The notes beneath the pieces were generated by a model, which searched no databases, was not told where the DNA came from, and worked only from the letters and a program-made list of their open reading frames with translations. The position numbers and the translations under genes were made by a program. A DNA stretch of 64,000 nt from a virus: positions 96,001 to 160,000 of the IMG/VR virus record IMGVR_UViG_3300047200_000500; one strand, 5' to 3'. Of the stretch, positions 1-8,255 are shown piece by piece. Each line of letters begins with the position of its first letter. The stretch's first letter is position 1.

Positions 1-254
1 ATACTAAAAATGTGGATGATGATAGATTATTTAAAGCTGTTTTTGTAACTTCAATTGAAGATTTCATAAGAAATTCGATAGAGTATGACAATGATGTGTA
101 TGATATATTAGATGGTATTAAGGTTGCCACCCATGATAAATCAATTATGGCGGCAGCCAATAGATTTATGAGAGACAAATCAAATAATTTTAAAGTAGCA
201 AAAATTGGTGGTGGAAATGAAATATCAGATATTGATGTTACTCAACAATTTTAG
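1..254 (+). CDS. hypothetical protein, 5'-truncated by the window edge
   Basis: Frame is open back to the window start and ends at TAG 252-254; no recognisable motif. Confidence 0.55.
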   Translation, partial: TKNVDDDRLFKAVFVTSIEDFIRNSIEYDNDVYDILDGIKVATHDKSIMAAANRFMRDKSNNFKVAKIGGGNEISDIDVTQQF

Positions 255-255
255 T

Positions 256-414
256 ATGAAACTTTCATCAATTAATGATAGGGCACCAAAAGATAAGAAG
301 GTTGTAGATCTTAGGAGTAAACCAGAAGAAGATAAAGTAATAGATGCCAGAACACCATCAAAGAAAAATGATGGTTTAGGTAAAGGATGGAGAACGTTGC
401 GTCAAGATGCGTAA
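256..414 (+). CDS. small protein, possible internal head protein (MKLSSIND... start)
   Basis: ATG at 256 directly after the upstream stop; N-terminus resembles MKLSTINE (16967) and MKLSNISK (49874); VVDLRS/VIDART internal repeat. Confidence 0.5.
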   Translation: MKLSSINDRAPKDKKVVDLRSKPEEDKVIDARTPSKKNDGLGKGWRTLRQDA

Positions 415-1043
415 TCTGTCTGATATTTGTATTGTTTAAAATAATGCTCAACAAATAATTTTTTGTCGTCGTTTTCTTCTAAATCTATAAGTATCTTATT
501 ATTAATGAAGAAATTAAATTTATGTATGCCTAAATAATAGTTTTCTTCAAATCTTATATTGTTATTGGTCAATTTCTTTTTTAAATCGTTATGATCACGA
601 GTTCCAAATTTCAAGTTCATCTCCTTTTTGTCCTTAGCTGTTAATACTTTAATTCTATAATCATCATCTAGCCATTTATTTTTTATCTTATTTGATATGT
701 CTTCCCTATAATTTTTGGACTTCCATAATTTTTTAACTCTGTTACTATTATCTGATTTATTTTTGGAATCTTGGTAAAATTTCCTCAATGATTTACTTAT
801 TTTATCTGCATTTTTAGCATTGTTGATAGTTGCTATCATACTCATTTTGGATTTTACAACGCTACTAGCTAATTTCTCCAGTGATCTTTCTTTAGATTCA
901 TGTTTAAATTTTTTAGATTGGGTGGTTTTTTTGATTTTGCAATTTCTGCATATGAATTTTTTGGGGTCGTTTCTTGATAACCATCTGTTTAGAAATTCAT
1001 ATTCTGTTTGGCATTCTTTACATGTGGCTTTAATTTTGTTCAT
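402..1043 (-). CDS. homing-endonuclease-like protein (Zn ribbon, NUMOD3-like basic repeats, degenerate Vsr/DUF559-like nuclease)
   Basis: CKEC...CRNC, KISKSLRK/ISNKIKNKW repeats, C-terminal IRFEENYYLGIHKFNFFINNKILIDLE resembling a PD-(D/E)xK fold with lost acidic residues. Confidence 0.5.
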   Translation of the reverse strand: MNKIKATCKECQTEYEFLNRWLSRNDPKKFICRNCKIKKTTQSKKFKHESKERSLEKLASSVVKSKMSMIATINNAKNADKISKSLRKFYQDSKNKSDNSNRVKKLWKSKNYREDISNKIKNKWLDDDYRIKVLTAKDKKEMNLKFGTRDHNDLKKKLTNNNIRFEENYYLGIHKFNFFINNKILIDLEENDDKKLFVEHYFKQYKYQTDYAS

Positions 1044-1181
1044 ATAGTGTTCGAAATTATTTATTTACAGTGAAATACATTCATAATTATACTAAATTAC
1101 TTGTTGATTAACAAAATTACAATAACGGGTGAATTAATACATAATTCATTCGATTCCGTCACTAAATGACAAGGAAACCAG

Positions 1182-1892
1182 ATGGACCTCTCCAAAATCG
1201 AAGCAATCCTCAAAAAGATGAACATCTCTGAGGAAGCTATCAAGGAATTCACTACCACTGTTAGTGAGCATTTTGTTTCTAAGGAAAAGGCGCTCAAAGA
1301 AGAGTTTACCCAACGTTTAAATAAAGCTAAACAAGTGTGTGTTGAAGAAGTTGAAGCACACAAATCAAACCTTTCTCGTGGTGTCCAGCGCTTCTTAGAA
1401 GCTAAGGTCACTACAATCGAAAAAGCTGCTTCCAAAAAGCATGCTATTGAGGAGTCTGAAGCTACCACCAAACTCAAGCATCTCAAAGCATTGCTTGAGG
1501 GAATAAATGTGGATAGCGCTCAAACCAATCAGGCTCTCCAGGCTGTCAAGGAAGAGAAGGCTGCTGTTGAGAAACAGCTTGTTGAATCTCGCGAAGCACT
1601 GCAACGCGAGAAGGCTAAGGCCGGTAAGCTCTCGGAAATAGCTGAAAAGTCCATGGCACGGCAGAAGGACCTTGAAGGTAAGCTGCAGTTAGTGGAAAAG
1701 AAGCTGGAAGAGAGTAAGGTTGCTCCAGTCCAGGAGAAGACCTTGGCAGAAGAGAAGCAATCTGCGGCTAAGCCTCAGACGACAGTAGTGGCGGAGAGTA
1801 CCAAGCAGAATGCTGCTAAGCCTACCGCTAAGCCTGCTCAGAACGAGCCATCGAATGAAATCGATGACATCGCCCAGTCCCTGGAATCCTGA
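1182..1892 (+). CDS. prohead core/scaffolding protein (T4 gp22-like)
   Basis: Glu/Lys/Ala coiled coil directly upstream of the capsid gene; SD AAGGA; GC-rich codon use. Confidence 0.75.
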   Translation: MDLSKIEAILKKMNISEEAIKEFTTTVSEHFVSKEKALKEEFTQRLNKAKQVCVEEVEAHKSNLSRGVQRFLEAKVTTIEKAASKKHAIEESEATTKLKHLKALLEGINVDSAQTNQALQAVKEEKAAVEKQLVESREALQREKAKAGKLSEIAEKSMARQKDLEGKLQLVEKKLEESKVAPVQEKTLAEEKQSAAKPQTTVVAESTKQNAAKPTAKPAQNEPSNEIDDIAQSLES

Positions 1893-1927
1893 ACCCTCTA
1901 TCAACCCTCCCACCAACGGAGATCCAA

Positions 1928-2839
1928 GTGAACAAGCGTCAAGAAGTCCTCTTAACTGAGGCTAAGAAGAACGAACAGGTCCACAAGTGGGCCAAAGTTC
2001 TCAACAAAATGCCCGAAGTCAAGTCCCGCAGCAAAATGGGACTCATGGCTTCGATCATGGAAAACCAGTACAACCACATGAAGGGCGGCGGCGGAAGCCG
2101 TATCCTTTTTGAGGATGCTACCACCACCAACAACATCGCGGACTTCACCCGCTTTGCCCTCCCCCTCCTGCGCAAGAGCTACCCCAAGCTCATCGCTGAC
2201 GGCCTCGTGGGCGTGCAGCCCATGTCGCAGCCCGCTTCGCTGATCTTCTACGTCCGCTATCGGTATGGCATCAGCAAGGGCCAGACTGTTGCTGGTACGC
2301 AGATCATGCGTCAGAACACCTCGCAGGCTTACGCTCGTCAGAATGGCTGGGCGCTTGATCCTTACTACAGCTCGCAGACTGTTAAGGACGAGAACCTCAC
2401 CATCGCTGGTGGCGTGATCAGCGGTCAACTGGCCCAGAAGCCTGTTCTGGCTGGTACCGTGGTGGTCAACGTCTACGCAGCTGACACCAACTCGTGCGAC
2501 ACCCCCACCCCGCTGCTCCAGGTTAGCTTCGACAGCAAGGGCGCACCCGACAACGTTCTTATTGGCAACGTGACTGGTCTGACGATCGACACCTCGACAA
2601 GTGGTGCTACGTCCTTCAACCACAACACTGGCACTGTGAACATCACCGTTTCAAGCGGTACGTTCCCAGTTGGTGCCTTTGCGACTGTCGATTACGAGTT
2701 CGACCTTGAGAACAACCCCTTCCAGCCGGAAGTGACTCTCTCGATCGACAGCGACTCGGTTTCGGCCATCACCCGCAAGCTGAAGACCTCGTGGAGCCTT
2801 GAGGCTGCTCAGGATCTCCGTGCACAACATGGACGCTGA
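1928..2839 (+). CDS. gp23: major capsid protein, N-terminal part (frameshifted)
   Basis: MENQ, LVGVQPMSQPASLIFYVRYRY and VSAITRKLKTSWSLEAAQDLR are T4 gp23 family motifs; homology switches frame at about 2816-2823. Confidence 0.92.
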   Translation: MNKRQEVLLTEAKKNEQVHKWAKVLNKMPEVKSRSKMGLMASIMENQYNHMKGGGGSRILFEDATTTNNIADFTRFALPLLRKSYPKLIADGLVGVQPMSQPASLIFYVRYRYGISKGQTVAGTQIMRQNTSQAYARQNGWALDPYYSSQTVKDENLTIAGGVISGQLAQKPVLAGTVVVNVYAADTNSCDTPTPLLQVSFDSKGAPDNVLIGNVTGLTIDTSTSGATSFNHNTGTVNITVSSGTFPVGAFATVDYEFDLENNPFQPEVTLSIDSDSVSAITRKLKTSWSLEAAQDLRAQHGR

Positions 2840-3422
2840 GGCCACCCTGACCGACCTGATGGGTGATGAGATCGTCGCTGAGATTGATCGTGAGATCATC
2901 AACGACCTGATCATCGCTTCCAGCATCCGCGCCACCCACAACTTTGCCACCGCAGCCGGTGCTTCGGTCAACTTCATTGACCGTAACATCGCCCTGTTGT
3001 ACAAGACCCTGGAAGTGGCGAACGTCATCCATCGTACCACACTCCGTGGTCCGGCCAACTGGATGGTGACTTCGGCTGATATCTCAAGCAAGTTTGAGCA
3101 GCTGAACGACTTCCGTGGTAGCGACGTGCTGGCCACCGATGGAATCGACATTGGCATCACCAATGCTGGAACCATTCAGGGCAAGCTGAAGCTCTACAAG
3201 GATCCTCTCTTCCCCAACTGCAAGATCCTGATGGGCTTCAAGGGTAACAGCGCACTGGATGCGGGTTACTTCTACGCCCCCTATATCCCGCTGCTCAGCA
3301 CCCCGACTGTGCTTGATCCAAACAGCTATACCCCTAGTAAAGGCGTGATGACCAGATACGGGAAAAAGCTGATAGAAGATGGTGGGTTGTTCTATGGAAC
3401 TATTAACGTCAGCAACCTGTAA
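2817..3422 (+). CDS. gp23: major capsid protein, C-terminal part (continuation in the +1 frame)
   Basis: VHNMDAEATLTDLMGDEIVAEIDREII, RGPANW, GFKG..LDAGYFYAPYIPL, P.KGVMTRYG are gp23 C-terminal motifs. Confidence 0.92.
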   Translation, partial: SVHNMDAEATLTDLMGDEIVAEIDREIINDLIIASSIRATHNFATAAGASVNFIDRNIALLYKTLEVANVIHRTTLRGPANWMVTSADISSKFEQLNDFRGSDVLATDGIDIGITNAGTIQGKLKLYKDPLFPNCKILMGFKGNSALDAGYFYAPYIPLLSTPTVLDPNSYTPSKGVMTRYGKKLIEDGGLFYGTINVSNL

Positions 3423-3448
3423 TTCGGATCAGAAGTAGTCGAAAGACG

Positions 3449-3487
3449 CATCGAACCCCAGGTGAAAGCCTGGGGTTCGATGTTTTT
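3449..3487 (+). terminator. rho-independent terminator after the capsid gene
   Basis: 14-bp perfect stem CATCGAACCCCAGG/CCTGGGGTTCGATG, loop TGAAAG, followed by TTTTT. Confidence 0.9.
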
Positions 3488-3596
3488 GTACATAGAAATG
3501 CCCATAAGAAGCCTGTAAAAATAATATGATGTAAACAGTAAATAATTGTGTTAAATTGCAAAATATATAAAATAAGAGCACTTCTATGGAGAACAC

Positions 3597-5321
3597 ATGA
3601 AGTATTTTTTTGAAGAAGTATCCAAATTGTATGAGCAAGGAAAATCGCAAAAACAGATATCTGATGAATTAGGTTGTGGTCTTAATACTGTTCGTAGAAG
3701 AATGAAAGAATTAAAATTGGGTGGTAAATCAAAAGGGATAAGAAATTATCAGATTAATGAATCTGTTTTTGATAATATTAATACAGAAGAAAAAGCTTAT
3801 TGGCTTGGATTTTTATTGGCTGATGGTTGTATTGCCAAGTCTGCAAAAACAAGAAGAGCAATAAAAGTATCAATACAAATAAGAGATAAAGAACATTTAC
3901 TAAGATTAGCTAAATTTTTTAATTTTAATGGTAAGTATATTTTCGATAAGAGAAATAATCATGAAAGAATTGGATTTGTTTTTAATTCTGTTAGGTTATG
4001 CAATAAATTAATAGAATATGGATGGCTTGAGTTCAAAGAAAATGGCGATACTAAAATATTAAATATTAACGAAAATTTATTTAGTCATTTGTTCCGTGGA
4101 TATTTTGATGGTGATGGATGTATTTCAAATTGGATTAATAAAAAGAAAACATGGTATATCCATATAGTATCAAATAATCGTAAGCCACTTGAATATTTTA
4201 ATTCAAAAGTTCCAGTAAGTTCAGTAGTTAAAGATAGGATTAATAAAAAATCTGGCAATAAAACATATACGATAAAATGGAGTGGGCTAAACAATGTTAG
4301 ATCAATGATTGGTTATATTTATGATAATAGTAATATTTATTTAAAGAGAAAATTTATAAGATGTTCCAATATTGATAATGATTTATTTGTGTTTAGATCA
4401 ATTCATTCGTTTAGTTTTAATGGAATTAAAAGAACCAATGATATAGATAAAATAGTTTGTGAAAGATTAATAGAATCATTTTCTAATATTTTAATTGATT
4501 ATGGTTGGTCGAATCCACAATTTGATTATGAATATGATATCAATGAATTAAAAAAATTTGATATTAATAAATGTATATGTGAAAATTCATTAATAACTGT
4601 TAATGGTAAAACTCCTGGAAATGATACAATTTTACATTTCCAATCTGATATTTGGAAAATAAGTCAAAATTCAAAACCATCAATATATGAATTGTCAAAT
4701 CATAAAAATATTGTAATTAAGGCTATTAATCAATTTTTTAAACAAGACAATAGTTCCTTATCATCAACTAGACTTATTAGAGAATTACAATTTGCTGGAT
4801 TTACAAAAGCGTCAATCTTGTCTGTTCCAGTAATCATGGCAGCAATTAAAAAATTCAATTTGTCTGGTAGTTGGTTTGATCCGTGTGCTGGATGGGGAAA
4901 TAGATTATTAGCTGCTCATATTCTGAAGATTGATTACAATTGTACTGATCCAGGAATTTGTTATGAAGGATTAAAAGAATTATCTTCTAATATAAAATCA
5001 ACTGCAACTGTTCAAAACAAAAAATGGCAAGATGCTGAATGGATTAATTGTGGATTTGTATTAACATCACCTCCTTTTTGGAATAAAGAAAATTATTTAG
5101 ATAATGTTGATTACGGAACATATGATAAATGGTGTGGTGAATTTTTATTTCCATTAATAGAGAAATCTAAACAATATTCACAAAATATTGTTTTTCATGT
5201 TGATAAAAGAATGATTAGCAGTATATCTGAAAAGTATAATACTGAGATTGTTCCACTGACTTCCTCAAATAGACATAAAATGCCAACTGAATATTTTATA
5301 AAAATTAATGAATGTATTTAA
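3597..5321 (+). CDS. HTH + LAGLIDADG endonuclease fused to an amino (N4-C/N6-A) DNA methyltransferase domain
   Basis: N-terminal HTH (SQKQISDELGCGLNTVRRRM); YWLGFLLADGCI and FRGYFDGDGCI; C-terminal FDPCAGWGNR (motif I) and LTSPPFW (motif IV). Confidence 0.8.
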   Translation: MKYFFEEVSKLYEQGKSQKQISDELGCGLNTVRRRMKELKLGGKSKGIRNYQINESVFDNINTEEKAYWLGFLLADGCIAKSAKTRRAIKVSIQIRDKEHLLRLAKFFNFNGKYIFDKRNNHERIGFVFNSVRLCNKLIEYGWLEFKENGDTKILNINENLFSHLFRGYFDGDGCISNWINKKKTWYIHIVSNNRKPLEYFNSKVPVSSVVKDRINKKSGNKTYTIKWSGLNNVRSMIGYIYDNSNIYLKRKFIRCSNIDNDLFVFRSIHSFSFNGIKRTNDIDKIVCERLIESFSNILIDYGWSNPQFDYEYDINELKKFDINKCICENSLITVNGKTPGNDTILHFQSDIWKISQNSKPSIYELSNHKNIVIKAINQFFKQDNSSLSSTRLIRELQFAGFTKASILSVPVIMAAIKKFNLSGSWFDPCAGWGNRLLAAHILKIDYNCTDPGICYEGLKELSSNIKSTATVQNKKWQDAEWINCGFVLTSPPFWNKENYLDNVDYGTYDKWCGEFLFPLIEKSKQYSQNIVFHVDKRMISSISEKYNTEIVPLTSSNRHKMPTEYFIKINECI

Positions 5322-5326
5322 TTTTA

Positions 5327-5424
5327 GAGCATCAGCCGCAGGTCGGCATAGCTACGATCCCAAATGTGGAAAGTAGCAACGGGAAATGAATCCTAGTCGC
5401 CTGCGGCGTCTCAACGAGGACGCC
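5327..5424 (+). ncRNA. putative structured cis-regulatory leader RNA (riboswitch-like)
   Basis: GC island; GCCGCAGG(5335-42)/CCTGCGGC(5400-07), GCTAC/GTAGC, TCC/GGA and GGGA/TCCT helices; GGCGTC/GACGCC hairpin over the SD GAGGA before ATG 5425. Confidence 0.55.
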
Positions 5425-6657
5425 ATGCCAGCTTCAACAAGTACAAATGATAAACGGTCTAATTTTAATAGACCATCAGAAGGACCAATCATTGTTGATA
5501 ATGATGATATAATTATCAAACCTCTCACGCCTGGACGGCGAACTGTTATAATTTCTAAAGATGGAACTTGTGACATAGTTTCAGATCCAACCATCAAAGA
5601 ATTAACTGAAACTATAAAATTATTGGCATCAAAATTTAGTGATTTATATAAGAAAGATCTTAATGGAAGAATGGATGAATCAGCCATAGCGGCGTCTGAA
5701 GCATTTCAAAAGCAAATTAATGATTGGGAAATTGTTAAAAAAGAACTTAATGTGAATGATAAACAGAAAAAATTTCCACTTTCTAATGCTTATGCAAAAG
5801 AGATGATATGGCATCAAACCAATGGTTTTAATAGGAATATTAGAGTTTTTTCTTTAAAATATCGTCCAAATGGTGACATCATTAAAGATGACATTATTAA
5901 AGATGGCTACATGATATTAACACCATTTACATATAAAAAGAATAATACTAAAAAATTTTTATTTAAAAAAGTTGATGGAGAATGGAAAATGGATATCAAT
6001 AAAAAATTGCAAGTTCTTTGGTATAAAAATGAACTTATAGCAATAATTTCTCAAGAAACAATCGTTACCAGTGGTGGGGCTATTTGGAATTCTAAATATG
6101 ATAGCATTTTTGATCTATCATTTTATAAGGCTAATTTTATTAAATTTCAAGATGGATCAATGAAGGAAAATGGCGTTAATGGTATTACTAATGAAGTATT
6201 ATTATCCATATTAATAAATCGGTTTGATGATATGGATCGCGATGACGATAAAAAAATCTTAGAATTATTACAAAGTGCTAGGTTGTGGATGTATAAGCGT
6301 ATTTTGGATAAACACATTAGCGAATACAATTCAGATAACACTACAAATTTTGAACCAATAAGGCAAGGTTGCCCATGTAAAACTATACCAGAATATGAAG
6401 AATATGAGAAAAAACATGGCGAATGTCCGTGTAAATATGTCAGGAAATTAAGTGTTGGTAGTAAATTTAAAAAAGATGATGAAAAGTGTATATGGGAAAT
6501 TGTTGATTATGGTATTGCATATGATGGGTACACACCAACATATAAAGTAATTAACGAACATGGAATTAGTGGTGAAGAATATGCCAAAATTGTTGATGAC
6601 GTGATGCTCGGTAAATTTAATAGTGATAAAATATACAGGAGGTTAAGGTTGATATGA
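5425..6657 (+). CDS. multidomain protein with a Tad1-like (anti-Thoeris/CBASS sponge) domain
   Basis: SGGA...IKFQDGSMKENGVNGITNEVLLSILINRF...LQSARLWMYKRILD resembles the Tad1 pattern IxFQxGPxKExGVNG..NEDL...RL...LEEAL.W..KR; start moved to 5425 because of the SD GAGGA. Confidence 0.6.
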   Translation: MPASTSTNDKRSNFNRPSEGPIIVDNDDIIIKPLTPGRRTVIISKDGTCDIVSDPTIKELTETIKLLASKFSDLYKKDLNGRMDESAIAASEAFQKQINDWEIVKKELNVNDKQKKFPLSNAYAKEMIWHQTNGFNRNIRVFSLKYRPNGDIIKDDIIKDGYMILTPFTYKKNNTKKFLFKKVDGEWKMDINKKLQVLWYKNELIAIISQETIVTSGGAIWNSKYDSIFDLSFYKANFIKFQDGSMKENGVNGITNEVLLSILINRFDDMDRDDDKKILELLQSARLWMYKRILDKHISEYNSDNTTNFEPIRQGCPCKTIPEYEEYEKKHGECPCKYVRKLSVGSKFKKDDEKCIWEIVDYGIAYDGYTPTYKVINEHGISGEEYAKIVDDVMLGKFNSDKIYRRLRLI

Positions 6658-6974
6658 TTTTCTTCATTGATTTTGATGGTACTGTCTGCCCAGATGGTGA
6701 TCCGCAGCCAGAATGCCGCGAGGTATTAAAAAAGTTAAAAGAAGATAATCATACCATAGTAATGTATTCGTGTAGGTCTAATCCTAGTTGTGTTTTTGAC
6801 CATGAACAAGCCACTAAAGAGATGATTGAATATTTGAAGAAACATGATATCCCGTTTGATGGAATAGAACCTAACAAGCCATTTTTCAATTTTATTATAG
6901 ATGATCGGGCATTAGGCATACCATTAACCAAGGCTGGGGATGTAGATTGGGCGAAGATTAAAACATTAATTTAA
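6654..6974 (+). CDS. small HAD-superfamily phosphatase
   Basis: IDFDGT motif I, YSCR motif II, KP...IIDDRA motifs III/IV. Confidence 0.85.
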   Translation: MIFFIDFDGTVCPDGDPQPECREVLKKLKEDNHTIVMYSCRSNPSCVFDHEQATKEMIEYLKKHDIPFDGIEPNKPFFNFIIDDRALGIPLTKAGDVDWAKIKTLI

Positions 6975-6981
6975 ATATACG

Positions 6982-7014
6982 GCCCCAACAGAAATGTTGG
7001 GGCTTATTGTTTTT
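6982..7014 (+). terminator. rho-independent terminator
   Basis: GCCCCAACA-GAAA-TGTTGGGGC followed by a T-rich tract. Confidence 0.85.
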
Positions 7015-7025
7015 GTATATAAGAC

Positions 7026-7898
7026 ATGGACTTGATTTTAGATGATAGACCACAACATGATTTTAATCGTTGGTATCACGACATATTGATAAAATCAGGA
7101 TTGTTTACTGTAAAATATGGGCGGATGTCAGAACATGACAGAATGCTTGAATTAGATAAAGTAGTGTATAAAAAAGGCAGACGACACCGGCATGGACAGA
7201 TATCATTTGCTAGGGTAGATGGTAAATTAGTGGTTTTCGATACCCAATTTGGTGATGGTTTTTCAGCAGATTATTTAAAGAATGGATTATTAAACAAAAT
7301 ACCAACTGCAGCTTACATTAAGTATAAACAAAATCCAGAATTACAAAAATTATTAAATTGTCCTCTTGTAGTATGGTCAATGTTCCCAGCTGGATGGGAG
7401 TTGGTTAATAAATTCATTTATAATTCTCATTATTCAAAATACAATATAATGGCGTCTGGCATGCATAGTTTAAAGGTAATGCAAAGAGTTGATTGGTTTG
7501 AACATGCTAAAACAATAGGTATTGATACTAAAATTGCAATACCAGGTACACAATATCTTGAATTGTTGAAGAAATCTAGATTTGGAATAATTTTATCAAT
7601 AAGAGATGAGAAAAACACCAGAGAATATGAATTCATATCAAATTTTATGCCGTTAGCATTAAATTATAAACCAGAATTTGAATTTGATTTTTATCCTGGT
7701 GAACATTATTTGTATATTAAAAATATTAGTGACTTATCTAGAATATTAACTGAAGACACATATAAATACAGTGCTAAATCTAAATACATATGGGAAAATT
7801 ATTTTAGGCCAGACATGGCATCTAAAATATTATTAAATAAGATAAAGCCTCATAATGGGGTATTGAATAGTTACAAGAGTTTGATGAGTAAAACTTAA
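7026..7898 (+). CDS. GT-B fold glycosyltransferase-like protein
   Basis: C-terminal YLELLKKSRFGIILS..KNTREYEF...FYPGEHYLYI resembles the GT1-type (CgeB/Glyco_trans_1_2) nucleotide-sugar binding domain. Confidence 0.6.
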   Translation: MDLILDDRPQHDFNRWYHDILIKSGLFTVKYGRMSEHDRMLELDKVVYKKGRRHRHGQISFARVDGKLVVFDTQFGDGFSADYLKNGLLNKIPTAAYIKYKQNPELQKLLNCPLVVWSMFPAGWELVNKFIYNSHYSKYNIMASGMHSLKVMQRVDWFEHAKTIGIDTKIAIPGTQYLELLKKSRFGIILSIRDEKNTREYEFISNFMPLALNYKPEFEFDFYPGEHYLYIKNISDLSRILTEDTYKYSAKSKYIWENYFRPDMASKILLNKIKPHNGVLNSYKSLMSKT

Positions 7899-7912
7899 AA
7901 TAGGTAATTGAA

Positions 7913-8245
7913 ATGAAAAAAGTTATTAAATATAGATTAAATGCTAATGGCACGATACCAACTTTTCTTTATTTAGGAAGTGATGGTGTTGGTGGAATGT
8001 ATTCATTTGATACTAAAGATCATGCACCTCCACAAGAATTGTTATTGATCGGAATTAGCATTGATAATCCAGTAGTTGGAGAATTTGAAGTAATACCAAC
8101 AAAAGCTGATCTTGAATCCTATCTTATCTCTATTAGTGCTGGCTGGACTTATTGTACAAAACCAGGAACTAATCCAATTCCCTTTGATCCAGTTACTGCA
8201 GCAACGTATGTATGGGATAGACTAAATGCTCTTAATACCAAATAA
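7913..8245 (+). CDS. hypothetical phage protein
   Basis: Clean ORF with SD-like AGGT. Confidence 0.7.
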   Translation: MKKVIKYRLNANGTIPTFLYLGSDGVGGMYSFDTKDHAPPQELLLIGISIDNPVVGEFEVIPTKADLESYLISISAGWTYCTKPGTNPIPFDPVTAATYVWDRLNALNTK

Positions 8246-8255
8246 AATATAAAAT

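Noticed and set aside
2810-2840. Intron or intein explaining the split capsid gene
   Set aside because: The two halves are contiguous with sequence missing rather than inserted; there is no room for an intervening element
1939-3175. Long antisense ORFs over the capsid gene (1952..2623, 2651..3175) and over 24277 (24307..24840)
   Set aside because: Expected shadow ORFs from GC-rich biased codon use; no motifs
5327-5424. tRNA, SRP RNA, hammerhead/HDV ribozyme, or SAM-I/cobalamin/c-di-GMP riboswitch identity for the structured leader
   Set aside because: It lacks the TTCGA T-loop and cloverleaf, the CUGAUGA/GAAA core and the other class consensus motifs as far as I can judge by eye; left unclassified
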